DNA from: a virus
Lineage: Duplodnaviria; Caudoviricetes
Length of the DNA: 64,000 nt
Virus record (IMG/VR): IMGVR_UViG_3300032132_000748
Reading direction: 5' to 3' (one strand)
The position numbers were made by a program, and so were the translations under genes. How positions within the stretch are numbered: the first letter of the stretch is position 1; each line of letters begins with the position of its first letter. Positions 1 through 7,021 of the stretch are shown here, in pieces. Below the pieces are notes generated by a model. The model was not told where the DNA came from. It did no database searches and worked only from the letters and a program-made list of their open reading frames with translations.

Positions 1-98
1 AAGCTCGACTTAAGAAAATTTGGAGTTTGATGACACCGGGAGGCCCCCCGCTAGTCATTGGTAGTGAACAGGGAGTAAAACCTCTGCTCAACAATTAT

Positions 99-171
99 CC
101 GCTCGTAGCTCAATTAGAAGAGCACCCGGCTGTCTACTGGAAGGTTGCGAGTGCAAGTCTCGTCGAGCGGG
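99..171 (+). tRNA. tRNA-Asp(GTC)
   Basis: Acceptor CCGCTCG/CGAGCGG, anticodon loop CTGTCTA, T-loop TGCAAGT. Confidence 0.85.
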
Positions 172-262
172 TCGTGTTAAAGGTCAGGTGATACTGCATC
201 TTTATCACAAATGATTGTTCATTTACAATTCGGAAGAGTGTGCGCTGAAAGGCGTACATCAT

Positions 263-334
263 GCACGTCGAGCCATAGTAGTGAGGCGACAGTCTGCAAA
301 ACTGTATAACCCGGTGCAAGTCCGGGGGCGTGCT
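263..334 (+). tRNA. tRNA-Cys(GCA)
   Basis: Acceptor GCACGTC/GGCGTGC, ACAGT-CTGCAAA-ACTGT, U73. Confidence 0.9.
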
Positions 335-340
335 TAATTT

Positions 341-412
341 TGCCTGGTGGTGTAATAGTAGTCACGTTTGGTTTTGAACCAAAAAGCGAAGGAGCGTAAC
401 CTTCTCGGGCAG
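341..412 (+). tRNA. tRNA-Gln(TTG)
   Basis: TTTGG-TTTTGAA-CCAAA anticodon arm; acceptor TGCCTGG/TCGGGCA. Confidence 0.85.
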
Positions 413-484
413 TACCTGGTCGTCTAATTAGTAGGACGCAAGGCTTTGGACTTTGTAATGCTCGTGCGAATCGAGCCCAGGTAG
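413..484 (+). tRNA. tRNA-Gln(TTG), second copy
   Basis: Acceptor TACCTGG/CCAGGTA; loop CTTTGGA. Confidence 0.8.
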
Positions 485-488
485 TTTT

Positions 489-559
489 AGCCCGGTGGTG
501 TAATAGTATCACTTCTGACTCTGACTTAGACAATGCGCGTGCGAATCGCGCCTGGGCTG
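489..559 (+). tRNA. tRNA-Gln(CTG)
   Basis: Acceptor AGCCCGG/CTGGGCT; loop CTCTGAC. Confidence 0.85.
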
Positions 560-594
560 TTGCATATATTTGTATGCTTGTTACTATGCTTCTT

Positions 595-1002
595 ATGACT
601 GACAAAACACAAACTGTAGCTCGATTGTTACGAAAAGGCGTTTGCCATGATTGTGAAGCTAAGCCTGGCGAATACCATGATATGGGTTGCGACGTAGAAC
701 GTTGTCCTGATTGTGGTGGGCAATTAATAGCTTGTCAGTGTGACGAACCCCGTGAAACCTTCGATGAAGGTGAACGTTTGATTTGGACGGGGGTATGGCC
801 AGGAACGGAAGAATGTATTGAATATGGATTCTTTAATAAATGGGTCGTAACAGGGACAAGGGAATTTAGGGGTCACACCCTAGAAACAGGAGACTGGATA
901 CCTTGTGATATTGACGATCCTGACGCCTCGGCTGACCTATGTGAGCTTTCAGAAAAAGCTACATGGGATAGTAACAAGCGCAAATATGTGCTTAACAAAT
1001 AA
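595..1002 (+). CDS. Cys-rich hypothetical protein (putative Zn-binding)
   Basis: CHDC, H-x3-C, CPDC motifs; start moved to ATG 595, 7 nt after a TACTAT -10 box. Confidence 0.7.
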   Translation: MTDKTQTVARLLRKGVCHDCEAKPGEYHDMGCDVERCPDCGGQLIACQCDEPRETFDEGERLIWTGVWPGTEECIEYGFFNKWVVTGTREFRGHTLETGDWIPCDIDDPDASADLCELSEKATWDSNKRKYVLNK

Positions 1003-1006
1003 TCCT

Positions 1007-1079
1007 GGGGGATTAGTTTAAACAGGTAAAACACAGCTTTTGCAAGGCTGAGAAAACGGAGCATTACCGTTATCCTCCA
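1007..1079 (+). tRNA. tRNA-Ala(TGC)
   Basis: G3:U70 pair; CAGCT-TTTGCAA-GGCTG. Confidence 0.9.
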
Positions 1080-1080
1080 T

Positions 1081-1209
1081 ACGGGCCGATTGTTTTCGGT
1101 TATCATTTCCTGAATAGAAAAAGGGGTGGGTTCGACTCCCACGCTCCCCATACGAGGGGAGTTGGTGTACGGTGCATGTAAAAACTACTCGAAGACGCTT
1201 ATTGCTCGT
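1081..1209 (+). ncRNA. Y RNA (YrlA)-like RNA 1; permuted tRNA body, GAA anticodon-like loop
   Basis: ACGGGCCGA...TTGCTCGT closing stem, GTTTTCG/CGAAGAC stem, GGTTATC, TTTC-CTGAATA-GAAA, T arm GTGGG-TTCGACT-CCCAC, loop-closed acceptor, D arm. Confidence 0.75.
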
Positions 1210-1214
1210 TATTT

Positions 1215-1287
1215 TCTCCTTTAGCTCAATAGTTAGAGTACCGGTTTGTTAAACCGAGGGATCTGGGTGCAATTCCCAGGGGGAGAG
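1215..1287 (+). tRNA. tRNA-Asn(GTT)
   Basis: Loop TTGTTAA; acceptor TCTCCTT/GGGGAGA, G73. Confidence 0.9.
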
Positions 1288-1345
1288 TTAATATTTTTAA
1301 CAGTAATATTTATCACAAACGTCTTAAATATGTGCAATAAATTTT

Positions 1346-1419
1346 GCCTCCATAGCTCAATTAAGCAGAGCAGCAGGTTTTTACCCTGAAGGTTGAAAGT
1401 GCAATTCTTTCTGGAGGTA
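1346..1419 (+). tRNA. tRNA-Lys(TTT)
   Basis: Loop TTTTTAC; acceptor GCCTCCA/TGGAGGT. Confidence 0.85.
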
Positions 1420-1460
1420 TTGTGTTTAACAAATTGTTTGTTAGACTAATGAAATAACAA

Positions 1461-1528
1461 ATGGGCCGAATGTCTTAGGTTATCTTGACTTGTAATCAAA
1501 CCTCCACCTAAAACAACTTTTTGCTCAT
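1461..1528 (+). ncRNA. Y RNA-like RNA 2; minimal form with TGT anticodon-like hairpin
   Basis: ATGGGCCGAA...TTGCTCAT, TGTCTTAGG/CCTAAAACA, GGTTATC, TTGA-CTTGTAA-TCAA. Confidence 0.7.
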
Positions 1529-1538
1529 TACTACACTA

Positions 1539-1619
1539 GCCGGTGTGGTGGAACGGCAGACACGCGACATTTAGGATGTCGTGCCTTAGGGCGTGGGGGT
1601 TCAAATCCCTTCACCGGCA
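1539..1619 (+). tRNA. tRNA-Leu(TAG)
   Basis: CGACA-TTTAGGA-TGTCG, long variable arm, TTCAAAT. Confidence 0.95.
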
Positions 1620-1621
1620 TA

Positions 1622-2140
1622 ATGCGAGAATCTAAATATACAAAGAAATTACTTGCTCCGATGGTTAAAAGAGCGACATCTATTGCAGAAGTTTTAGACG
1701 AGCTTTGTCTCAAACCCTCAGGAGGAAATTATAGAAATATTAAAGGGCACATTGTAAGACATAACATAGATATATCTCATTTTACAGGTCAAGCCTGGAG
1801 TAGAGGTAAAACTGTTGAAACTTCACCAGCAGTTAAGCGAATAACTAGACTTATATCCTATAAAGATTCTGAAATTTTCAAAAAAAATACCAATTGGAAC
1901 AACAGAGAGCTAATAAAACGTCTCTTTAAAGATGGAAAGAAATATGCATGTGAAATTAAAAAATGTCCTTTGTATGGCCAAGAAACCCCTGAATGGGCTG
2001 AAAAGAAACTAACTTTACATCTTGATCATATCGATGGTAATAAAACAAATAATGAAAAAGAAAACTTAAGATTTATTTGTCCAAATTGTCATCAACAAAC
2101 CCCTACTTGGGGTAACAGTAAGGCTTCGTGGCAGACTTAG
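1622..2140 (+). CDS. HNH homing endonuclease
   Basis: LHLDHIDGNKTNNEKENLRFICPNCHQQT motif; inserted between tRNAs. Confidence 0.9.
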   Translation: MRESKYTKKLLAPMVKRATSIAEVLDELCLKPSGGNYRNIKGHIVRHNIDISHFTGQAWSRGKTVETSPAVKRITRLISYKDSEIFKKNTNWNNRELIKRLFKDGKKYACEIKKCPLYGQETPEWAEKKLTLHLDHIDGNKTNNEKENLRFICPNCHQQTPTWGNSKASWQT

Positions 2141-2204
2141 TAATGCACCAGACTCTTAATCTGGGATCGAAAGATCAATGTGGGTGCGAACCCCACCGAA
2201 GTTA
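2122..2204 (+). tRNA. tRNA with CTT (Lys) anticodon and a long variable arm
   Basis: CCAGA-CTCTTAA-TCTGG; variable arm GATC-GAAA-GATC; acceptor GGCTTCG/CGAAGTT. Confidence 0.8.
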
Positions 2205-2210
2205 TAAAAA

Positions 2211-2272
2211 GCGGGCCGCTAATATTCGGTTATCTATTTTGAAGAAACCCCCGAATATATTCTTTTGCTCGT
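2211..2272 (+). ncRNA. Y RNA-like RNA 3; minimal form
   Basis: GCGGGCCG...TTGCTCGT, ATATTCGG/CCGAATAT, GGTTATC, short TATTTTGAAGA loop. Confidence 0.65.
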
Positions 2273-2283
2273 AATAAAATAAA

Positions 2284-2357
2284 CGGAGAGTAGCGTAGTC
2301 TGGTATCGCGCTGCGTTTGGGACGCAGAGATCGCAGGTTCAAATCCTGTCTCTCCGA
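2284..2357 (+). tRNA. tRNA-Pro(TGG)
   Basis: Canonical cloverleaf, CTGCG-TTTGGGA-CGCAG. Confidence 0.95.
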
Positions 2358-2360
2358 ATT

Positions 2361-2444
2361 GGATCATAAACTTGACAAGGGTCAGGCGCGGTTTTGAAAA
2401 CCGATGGTGCTGAAAGGTATGGGGTGCAAGTCCTCTGTGATCCG
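2361..2444 (+). tRNA. tRNA-Ser(TGA)
   Basis: Loop TTTGAAA, long variable arm, G73. Confidence 0.85.
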
Positions 2445-2446
2445 TA

Positions 2447-2546
2447 ATGGGCCGAATGTTTTTGGTTATCTAATTGGCAAAGAACCCTGGTTTAACAGGG
2501 AAAGAAGGTTCAAATCCTTCATACTTCAAAAACACCATTTGCTCAT
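2447..2546 (+). ncRNA. Y RNA-like RNA 4; non-permuted D/anticodon/T arms
   Basis: ATGGGCCGAA...TTGCTCAT, TGTTTTTG/CAAAAACA, D arm TCT-AATTGGCAA-AGA, CCCTG-GTTTAA-CAGGG, T arm GAAGG-TTCAAAT-CCTTC. Confidence 0.7.
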
Positions 2547-2549
2547 ATT

Positions 2550-2639
2550 GGAAACGATCCGGTTAGATGAGGAGCATGTTTGCTAAACATGTAATGCTTA
2601 CGTGAGTAGGTATTGGGGGTGCGAATCCCTCCGTTTCCG
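2550..2639 (+). tRNA. tRNA-Ser(GCT)
   Basis: CATGT-TTGCTAA-ACATG, long variable arm. Confidence 0.9.
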
Positions 2640-2701
2640 TTAAGTTTGTTGTCTTTATACATTATTTTGTATAATTAAACCTCTTTAAGAGGTTAATTAT
2701 C

Positions 2702-2968
2702 ATGGCAAGCCCGACAGCAATAGCAGCAGCAAAAAAAGAACTAGCAGAAGCAACATTGGCAATGAATGTGCCGTCTTGCACTCAGGGACCCGCACAAGGA
2801 TTACCAGCGGTTGTTTGTAATCCAGCTCTAGCTGCGAAAACAGAACAAGCAGGAAAGAAACTTGCAGCCCTTATGGGTGGCGGCGGTCATATGAAAATGA
2901 TTCTTCTTACTGTGGCTGTAGCAGCGGGTATCGGCGGCTTCCTTTGGTGGAAGAAAAAGAAATCGTAG
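2702..2968 (+). CDS. Small protein with C-terminal membrane anchor
   Basis: RBS GAGG; ILLTVAVAAGIGGFLWW-KKKK tail. Confidence 0.75.
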   Translation: MASPTAIAAAKKELAEATLAMNVPSCTQGPAQGLPAVVCNPALAAKTEQAGKKLAALMGGGGHMKMILLTVAVAAGIGGFLWWKKKKS

Positions 2969-3004
2969 TATTGACTCCTCGATTATCCCTGTTAATTTAG
3001 GTGT

Positions 3005-3361
3005 ATGAAATCACCGAAAATCGACTCCATCGAGTGGGGTCAAATCAAAGTAAACGAACAAACTTTTAAAGATGTCAGACTATTCCCCGGAGGAGTAGAA
3101 GGCTGGGATTGGCGAAAAACAGACACGCATCACAGGCCCGGCATTCAGATTGCTGATCTTGAAGGGTTAATGGATGCAGATATTGTTGTTCTAAGTAAAG
3201 GTTTCAAAGGTTGTCTGTGTTGCATGGATGAGACAATTAAGCATCTAGAAGATGCCGGAAAGATTGTTTATCACGAAGAAACAAAAGAAGCGGTAGAGAC
3301 ATATAACTCATTTGTTGAAAATGAAAGTAAAGTGTCAGCTTTAATTCACTCTACTTGCTAA
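3005..3361 (+). CDS. Mth938/AAMDC-like domain protein
   Basis: KDVRLFP, WDWRKTDTHHRPGIQ and C-terminal HSTC are typical of the family. Confidence 0.85.
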   Translation: MKSPKIDSIEWGQIKVNEQTFKDVRLFPGGVEGWDWRKTDTHHRPGIQIADLEGLMDADIVVLSKGFKGCLCCMDETIKHLEDAGKIVYHEETKEAVETYNSFVENESKVSALIHSTC

Positions 3362-3365
3362 AAAT

Positions 3366-3449
3366 GGACAGTAGACCAGATGGGATCTGGCCTCGCTTGG
3401 AAAGCGAGTGGTGCCCTAGCGGCATGAGGATCGAGACCTCTGTTGTCCG
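3366..3449 (+). tRNA. tRNA-Ser(GGA)
   Basis: CTCGC-TTGGAAA-GCGAG, long variable arm. Confidence 0.9.
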
Positions 3450-3500
3450 AAATTAGTTGACAGGACTCTTCGAGTTCTGAGTCATCTAAATAACAAGCTT

Positions 3501-3571
3501 GGGTCCATAGTGTAACAGCAGCATACCGGCTTCCAAACCCGTTGGTGAGGGTGCAAATCCTTCTGGACTCG
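3501..3571 (+). tRNA. tRNA-Trp(CCA), weak anticodon stem
   Basis: Acceptor GGGTCCA/TGGACTC, G73, loop TTCCAAA; a Gly(TCC) register is less likely. Confidence 0.65.
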
Positions 3572-3578
3572 TTATTTA

Positions 3579-3650
3579 GGGTGCGTGGTGTAACAGCTAG
3601 CACTAGAGCCTGAAAAACTCTCGGAGAAGGTGCAATTCCTTCCGTGCCCA
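3579..3650 (+). tRNA. tRNA-Phe(GAA)
   Basis: Loop CTGAAAA; acceptor GGGTGCG/CGTGCCC. Confidence 0.85.
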
Positions 3651-3682
3651 ATTAATCAAACCCATCCTTAAAGGAGGATACT

Positions 3683-3972
3683 ATGAGGAGAATTGAAACA
3701 AGAAATTAAAAGAGATCCGCTTCCGACCACGGATAGCGGATCATGATCTGAAGATCAGGGTGAAACAAGCCAAGAACTTCCTAGATAAAGGTCACCGAGT
3801 AAAGGTAACCGTAATATTTTGGGGTAGAAAGTTTTCAGACCGTAAGCATTTTATGAAAGATGCTGAACAACGGTTGAAAGTGTTCGAAAGTCTTGGTAAA
3901 GTGGTGTCACCCGTGAAGATGAACGGATCAAATTACTCAATGATACTTGAGTCAGTCAAGAAGAAAGAGTAA
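3683..3972 (+). CDS. infC: Translation initiation factor IF3, C-terminal domain only; 5' start out of frame
   Basis: Frame open from 3697 gives KEIRFRPRIADHDLKIRVKQAKNFLDKGHRVKVTVIFWGR; the SD-led ATG at 3683 is in another frame. Confidence 0.8.
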
Positions 3973-3980
3973 TACATGTT

Positions 3981-4052
3981 GGCCCTATCGTCTAGCAGTT
4001 AGGATACTAGTTTCTCGAACTAGTGACGCCGGTGCAAATCCGGCTGGGGTTA
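3981..4052 (+). tRNA. tRNA-Glu(CTC)
   Basis: CTAGT-TTCTCGA-ACTAG. Confidence 0.85.
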
Positions 4053-4060
4053 TTAAAATT

Positions 4061-4136
4061 GGGTGCGTGGCCAAACTGGATAAGGCATCTCGCTACGAAC
4101 GAGAAGATTTTGCAGGTTCGAATCCTGCCGTGCTCA
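4061..4136 (+). tRNA. tRNA-Arg(ACG)
   Basis: TCTCG-CTACGAA-CGAGA, canonical T-loop. Confidence 0.95.
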
Positions 4137-4147
4137 TATAAAAACAC

Positions 4148-4220
4148 GCTCCTAAAGCATAAGTAGTGATGTGCCTGTCTTGTAAGCAGGAAAACGTGGG
4201 TGCAAATCCCCGTGGGAGCT
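4148..4220 (+). tRNA. tRNA-Thr(TGT)
   Basis: CCTGT-CTTGTAA-GCAGG. Confidence 0.85.
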
Positions 4221-4223
4221 TTT

Positions 4224-4294
4224 GGGTCCTTAGTGAAGTAGAATCACGCTAGGTTTCGAACCTTGTATCGAGGGTGCAAATCCTTCAGGACCTA
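4224..4294 (+). tRNA. tRNA-Arg(TCG)
   Basis: Loop TTTCGAA; acceptor GGGTCCT/AGGACCT. Confidence 0.85.
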
Positions 4295-4303
4295 TTAATA
4301 CTC

Positions 4304-4375
4304 GCCTCCGTGGTGTAACAGAAGCACGCTTCTCTTCTAAAGAAGATGGTTCGGGTGCAAATCCTGACGGGGGTA
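4304..4375 (+). tRNA. tRNA-Arg(TCT)
   Basis: CTTCT-CTTCTAA-AGAAG. Confidence 0.9.
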
Positions 4376-4381
4376 TTAAAT

Positions 4382-4452
4382 GCGGGATTGATGTAGCAGT
4401 AGCATGACATCCTTCCAAGTTGTTCGCACGGGTGCAAATCCCGTATCCCGCT
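4382..4452 (+). tRNA. tRNA-Gly(TCC)
   Basis: Acceptor GCGGGAT/ATCCCGC, U73, loop CTTCCAA. Confidence 0.9.
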
Positions 4453-4470
4453 TTTTGGTATAATGTTTTC

Positions 4471-4803
4471 ATGGGCTATGAAGCATTCGGTAACTTTGGA
4501 AGAACTCCTGAAGAAGTAATAGAAACCGCAAAGAAACAAAAGAAAATAGAGACTGCCGCAAGAGCGGTTTTACATCCTCTTTCTACTATTGTTTCAGGAA
4601 CAGCTAAAGTAGCTGGAGGAAACGGAAAACCTGTTGATGAGGAGCTTTATATTAAGGCCATTATTATCAAAATAATGAAAGACAAAGGTCTTCATCCTCA
4701 TGCTTCACTAGAAGATTTAATTCGCAAAACAGTTAAACAAGTAATGCGAGAAGAATCAGCAGGGCATCCTCATTGGAAACATCCAACGCTAAAAAGAAAA
4801 TAA
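4471..4803 (+). CDS. Hypothetical protein with N-terminal FGNFG motif
   Basis: ATG 6 nt after TGGTATAAT; the longer ORF-track start overlaps a tRNA. Confidence 0.7.
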   Translation: MGYEAFGNFGRTPEEVIETAKKQKKIETAARAVLHPLSTIVSGTAKVAGGNGKPVDEELYIKAIIIKIMKDKGLHPHASLEDLIRKTVKQVMREESAGHPHWKHPTLKRK

Positions 4804-4806
4804 TTT

Positions 4807-4878
4807 GGGTCTATAGTGTAATAGATAACATGTTTCTCTCCTAAAGAAACGATCTGGGTGCGACTCCCGGTAGACCTA
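4807..4878 (+). tRNA. tRNA-Arg(CCT)
   Basis: TTTCT-CTCCTAA-AGAAA. Confidence 0.9.
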
Positions 4879-4880
4879 TT

Positions 4881-5012
4881 GATGGGCCGATAATTGTCAG
4901 TTATCGTTATCATAAAACCAAGGCGACGGTTCGATTCCGTCCCCCGCGATTCGTAGCGGGGTGGAGTAATGGCAGCTCGTGAAAAACACTTGACAGTGAC
5001 CCTTTGCTCATC
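4881..5012 (+). ncRNA. Y RNA-like RNA 5; permuted initiator-tRNA-like body, CAT loop
   Basis: GATGGGCCGA...TTGCTCATC, GTT-ATCATAA-AAC, T arm GACGG-TTCGATT-CCGTC, CCCCGC-loop-GCGGGG, D arm GGAGTAATGGCAGCTC. Confidence 0.8.
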
Positions 5013-5028
5013 AGTCATATACATACAA

Positions 5029-5114
5029 GCTAGCGTGGCGTAATTAGCAGGCGCGGAAGGCTTAAACCCTTCTGGGAGTTAAATCCCGTGCAGGTGCAAA
5101 TCCTGTCGCTAGCA
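5029..5114 (+). tRNA. tRNA-Leu(TAA)
   Basis: GAAGG-CTTAAAC-CCTTC, long variable arm. Confidence 0.9.
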
Positions 5115-5240
5115 TTTGATGGGCCGAATTGTTTTCGGTTATCGCATTCCAAGCCGGAAGTCAGGGCGCGAATCCCTGCTTTGTAGTGTAATAGTAGCAC
5201 GCCGTAAAAAACGTCGAAGACGCATTTATTGCTCATCAAA
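5115..5240 (+). ncRNA. Y RNA-like RNA 6; permuted, acceptor stem deleted, TCC loop
   Basis: TTTGATGGGCCGAA...TTGCTCATCAAA, GGTTATC, GC-ATTCCAA-GC, T arm CAGGG-CGCGAAT-CCCTG, D arm GTGTAATAGTAGCAC. Confidence 0.75.
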
Positions 5241-5244
5241 ACCA

Positions 5245-5317
5245 CCTGGGTAGGTGTAATTAGAAGTCACGCGTATCTGTGGAATACGAGGATTGGGTGC
5301 AAACCCCAGACCCAGGA
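5245..5317 (+). tRNA. tRNA-His(GTG)
   Basis: CGTAT-CTGTGGA-ATACG; A73, no encoded G-1. Confidence 0.8.
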
Positions 5318-5320
5318 TAA

Positions 5321-5391
5321 GCCCGATTAGTTCAATAGTAGAATGTATGTGTGACTTACATAAGACAAAGGTGCGATTCCTTTATCGGGCA
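5321..5391 (+). tRNA. tRNA-Val(GAC)
   Basis: TATGT-GTGACTT-ACATA; acceptor GCCCGAT/ATCGGGC. Confidence 0.8.
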
Positions 5392-5411
5392 TGATATGTT
5401 ATTCTTTAGAT

Positions 5412-6068
5412 ATGCTTTGCGAGAATTGTAAAAAATATTCCTATAAAGGACCGCTTCCTAACTGTGGGGTGTGCCCTAAATCAGAATTTACTCCAAATCT
5501 ATTTATTAGAATTCCAAAAACGGCTAGTGTTTCTATTCATGTGGTGCCAGGCATTGATGCCTACCACAAAGTTGTGTCAGGAATAGGGCATAATACTGCC
5601 GAACAACTTAAGGAGTTTCTTGGAGAGGATCTATACAACTCGCGGTTCACCTTTGCTATAGCCAGAAATCCTTATGACCGACTGGTAAGTGCTTACCACT
5701 ATTTTGTTCAAAAAGCCGCCCGTAAATGGTCCAAAGCCCTTGCTAAAGAATTCCCAACATTCAAAAGTTTTTGCTATCAATTTAATAGGGAAAAATACGA
5801 AGGTGAGAGGCAACAGTTTAGATTACAAAAAGAATTTGTTGTTGATAAGAATGATGAAGTAATTGTTGATTACATTGGGAGGTTTGAGTCCTTACACCAA
5901 TCCTGGGAAGTAATTAAAAAAAGGCTCAATTTGAGTGACAGTTTAGACCACCTAAACAAGTCTAAACATAAGGCATGGCAGTCATATTATGACGAAAAAT
6001 GTCAGGATATAGTTTATAGAAGCTACAAAGAAGATTTTGAGTTTTTTGGCTATCCGGAAAAAATATAG
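5412..6068 (+). CDS. Sulfotransferase family 2 protein
   Basis: FIRIPKTASVS, RNPYDRLVSAY, DYIGRFE, EDFEFFGY motifs. Confidence 0.9.
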   Translation: MLCENCKKYSYKGPLPNCGVCPKSEFTPNLFIRIPKTASVSIHVVPGIDAYHKVVSGIGHNTAEQLKEFLGEDLYNSRFTFAIARNPYDRLVSAYHYFVQKAARKWSKALAKEFPTFKSFCYQFNREKYEGERQQFRLQKEFVVDKNDEVIVDYIGRFESLHQSWEVIKKRLNLSDSLDHLNKSKHKAWQSYYDEKCQDIVYRSYKEDFEFFGYPEKI

Positions 6069-6139
6069 CGGCCTATAGTAGAGAAGCAGCACGCTTGTTT
6101 TACACGCAAGAAAAGATGGAGCGTTACCATCTAGGCCGA
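6069..6139 (+). tRNA. tRNA-Val(TAC)
   Basis: CTTGT-TTTACAC-GCAAG. Confidence 0.8.
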
Positions 6140-6142
6140 TAT

Positions 6143-6216
6143 TGGTGTTTCGTCTAATTGGTAAAGATCCTGTGCTCATAACACAGATAATCTCGGTTCG
6201 AGTCCGAGGGCACCAA
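6143..6216 (+). tRNA. tRNA with CAT anticodon (Met or Ile2)
   Basis: CTGTG-CTCATAA-CACAG, canonical GG/TTC elbow. Confidence 0.85.
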
Positions 6217-6221
6217 ACTAC

Positions 6222-6294
6222 GCCCCTGTAGTATAATAGATAATTACAAGTCTTTGGTAAGGACTAGACCCGCGTGCAATTCGCGGCAGGGGCT
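6222..6294 (+). tRNA. tRNA-Thr(GGT)
   Basis: AGTCT-TTGGTAA-GGACT. Confidence 0.9.
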
Positions 6295-6327
6295 TGATGA
6301 TATTATCATAAAAGCTATAAAGCTATT

Positions 6328-6978
6328 ATGGCCGCTCCTCATCCAAAAAATACTAATTTTTACCAAGACACCTTAAATTTGAGACAAAGATATCGGTTGA
6401 GTAATCAACAAATAAACGATATTATCAATAATAAGGAAAAAAGAGTAAGTCAATCAGCGATAAACGGCTGGCTTAAAAAATTTCCTCTTTCCGGGGAGGA
6501 GCGACTAGAGAGTTTTGTCAAAAATATGAAACTCACCCGCTACAATCCCGGAGAACCTTCTAAATTTTGGACCCCTGAAATCAAAAATTTTAGTCGAAAT
6601 CAAGTTGGTAAAATAGCAGAAGCAGCGATTCTTTATCGACTGCTCCTTAACAACCACACAGTTTACTGCTCTCCTTTTGATGGAGACGTTGCTGACTGGT
6701 TGGTAGTTACACCTACTAAAAGCTACAAAATTCAAGTGCGAAAAGCTAAAACTCCAAAAACAGGTAAACCTATCATTTCTCTGTGTTGTAAGGACAACTC
6801 TAAAACAGATGAAATAATGAGGAGATTAACAGCCAATGACTACGATTTTATCGTGGGATATGATATCTATAAAGATAATGCTTACGTTTTTTCTTATGAG
6901 GAAACAAAAAATAATAAGACTTCTATAACAATAAGAGATGATGCACTTGAGGCGTGGCATAAAATAAGTTGTTTATAG
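6328..6978 (+). CDS. PD-(D/E)XK homing-type endonuclease with N-terminal HTH-like region
   Basis: GKIAE...P...DWLV...KIQVR and DYDFIVGYD pattern. Confidence 0.75.
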   Translation: MAAPHPKNTNFYQDTLNLRQRYRLSNQQINDIINNKEKRVSQSAINGWLKKFPLSGEERLESFVKNMKLTRYNPGEPSKFWTPEIKNFSRNQVGKIAEAAILYRLLLNNHTVYCSPFDGDVADWLVVTPTKSYKIQVRKAKTPKTGKPIISLCCKDNSKTDEIMRRLTANDYDFIVGYDIYKDNAYVFSYEETKNNKTSITIRDDALEAWHKISCL

Positions 6979-7021
6979 TTACAAATATTGCGATGTCAGA
7001 GCCATCTGATATCATCCAAAT

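Noticed and set aside
2361-5114. Stop-codon suppressor tRNAs or an alternative genetic code
   Set aside because: Anticodons TGA, TAA and TAG read UCA, UUA and CUA; no CTA/TTA/TCA anticodon was found, and conserved genes end normally under the standard code
6328-6978. Group I intron around the PD-(D/E)XK gene
   Set aside because: Flanks are too short and no interrupted host gene is visible
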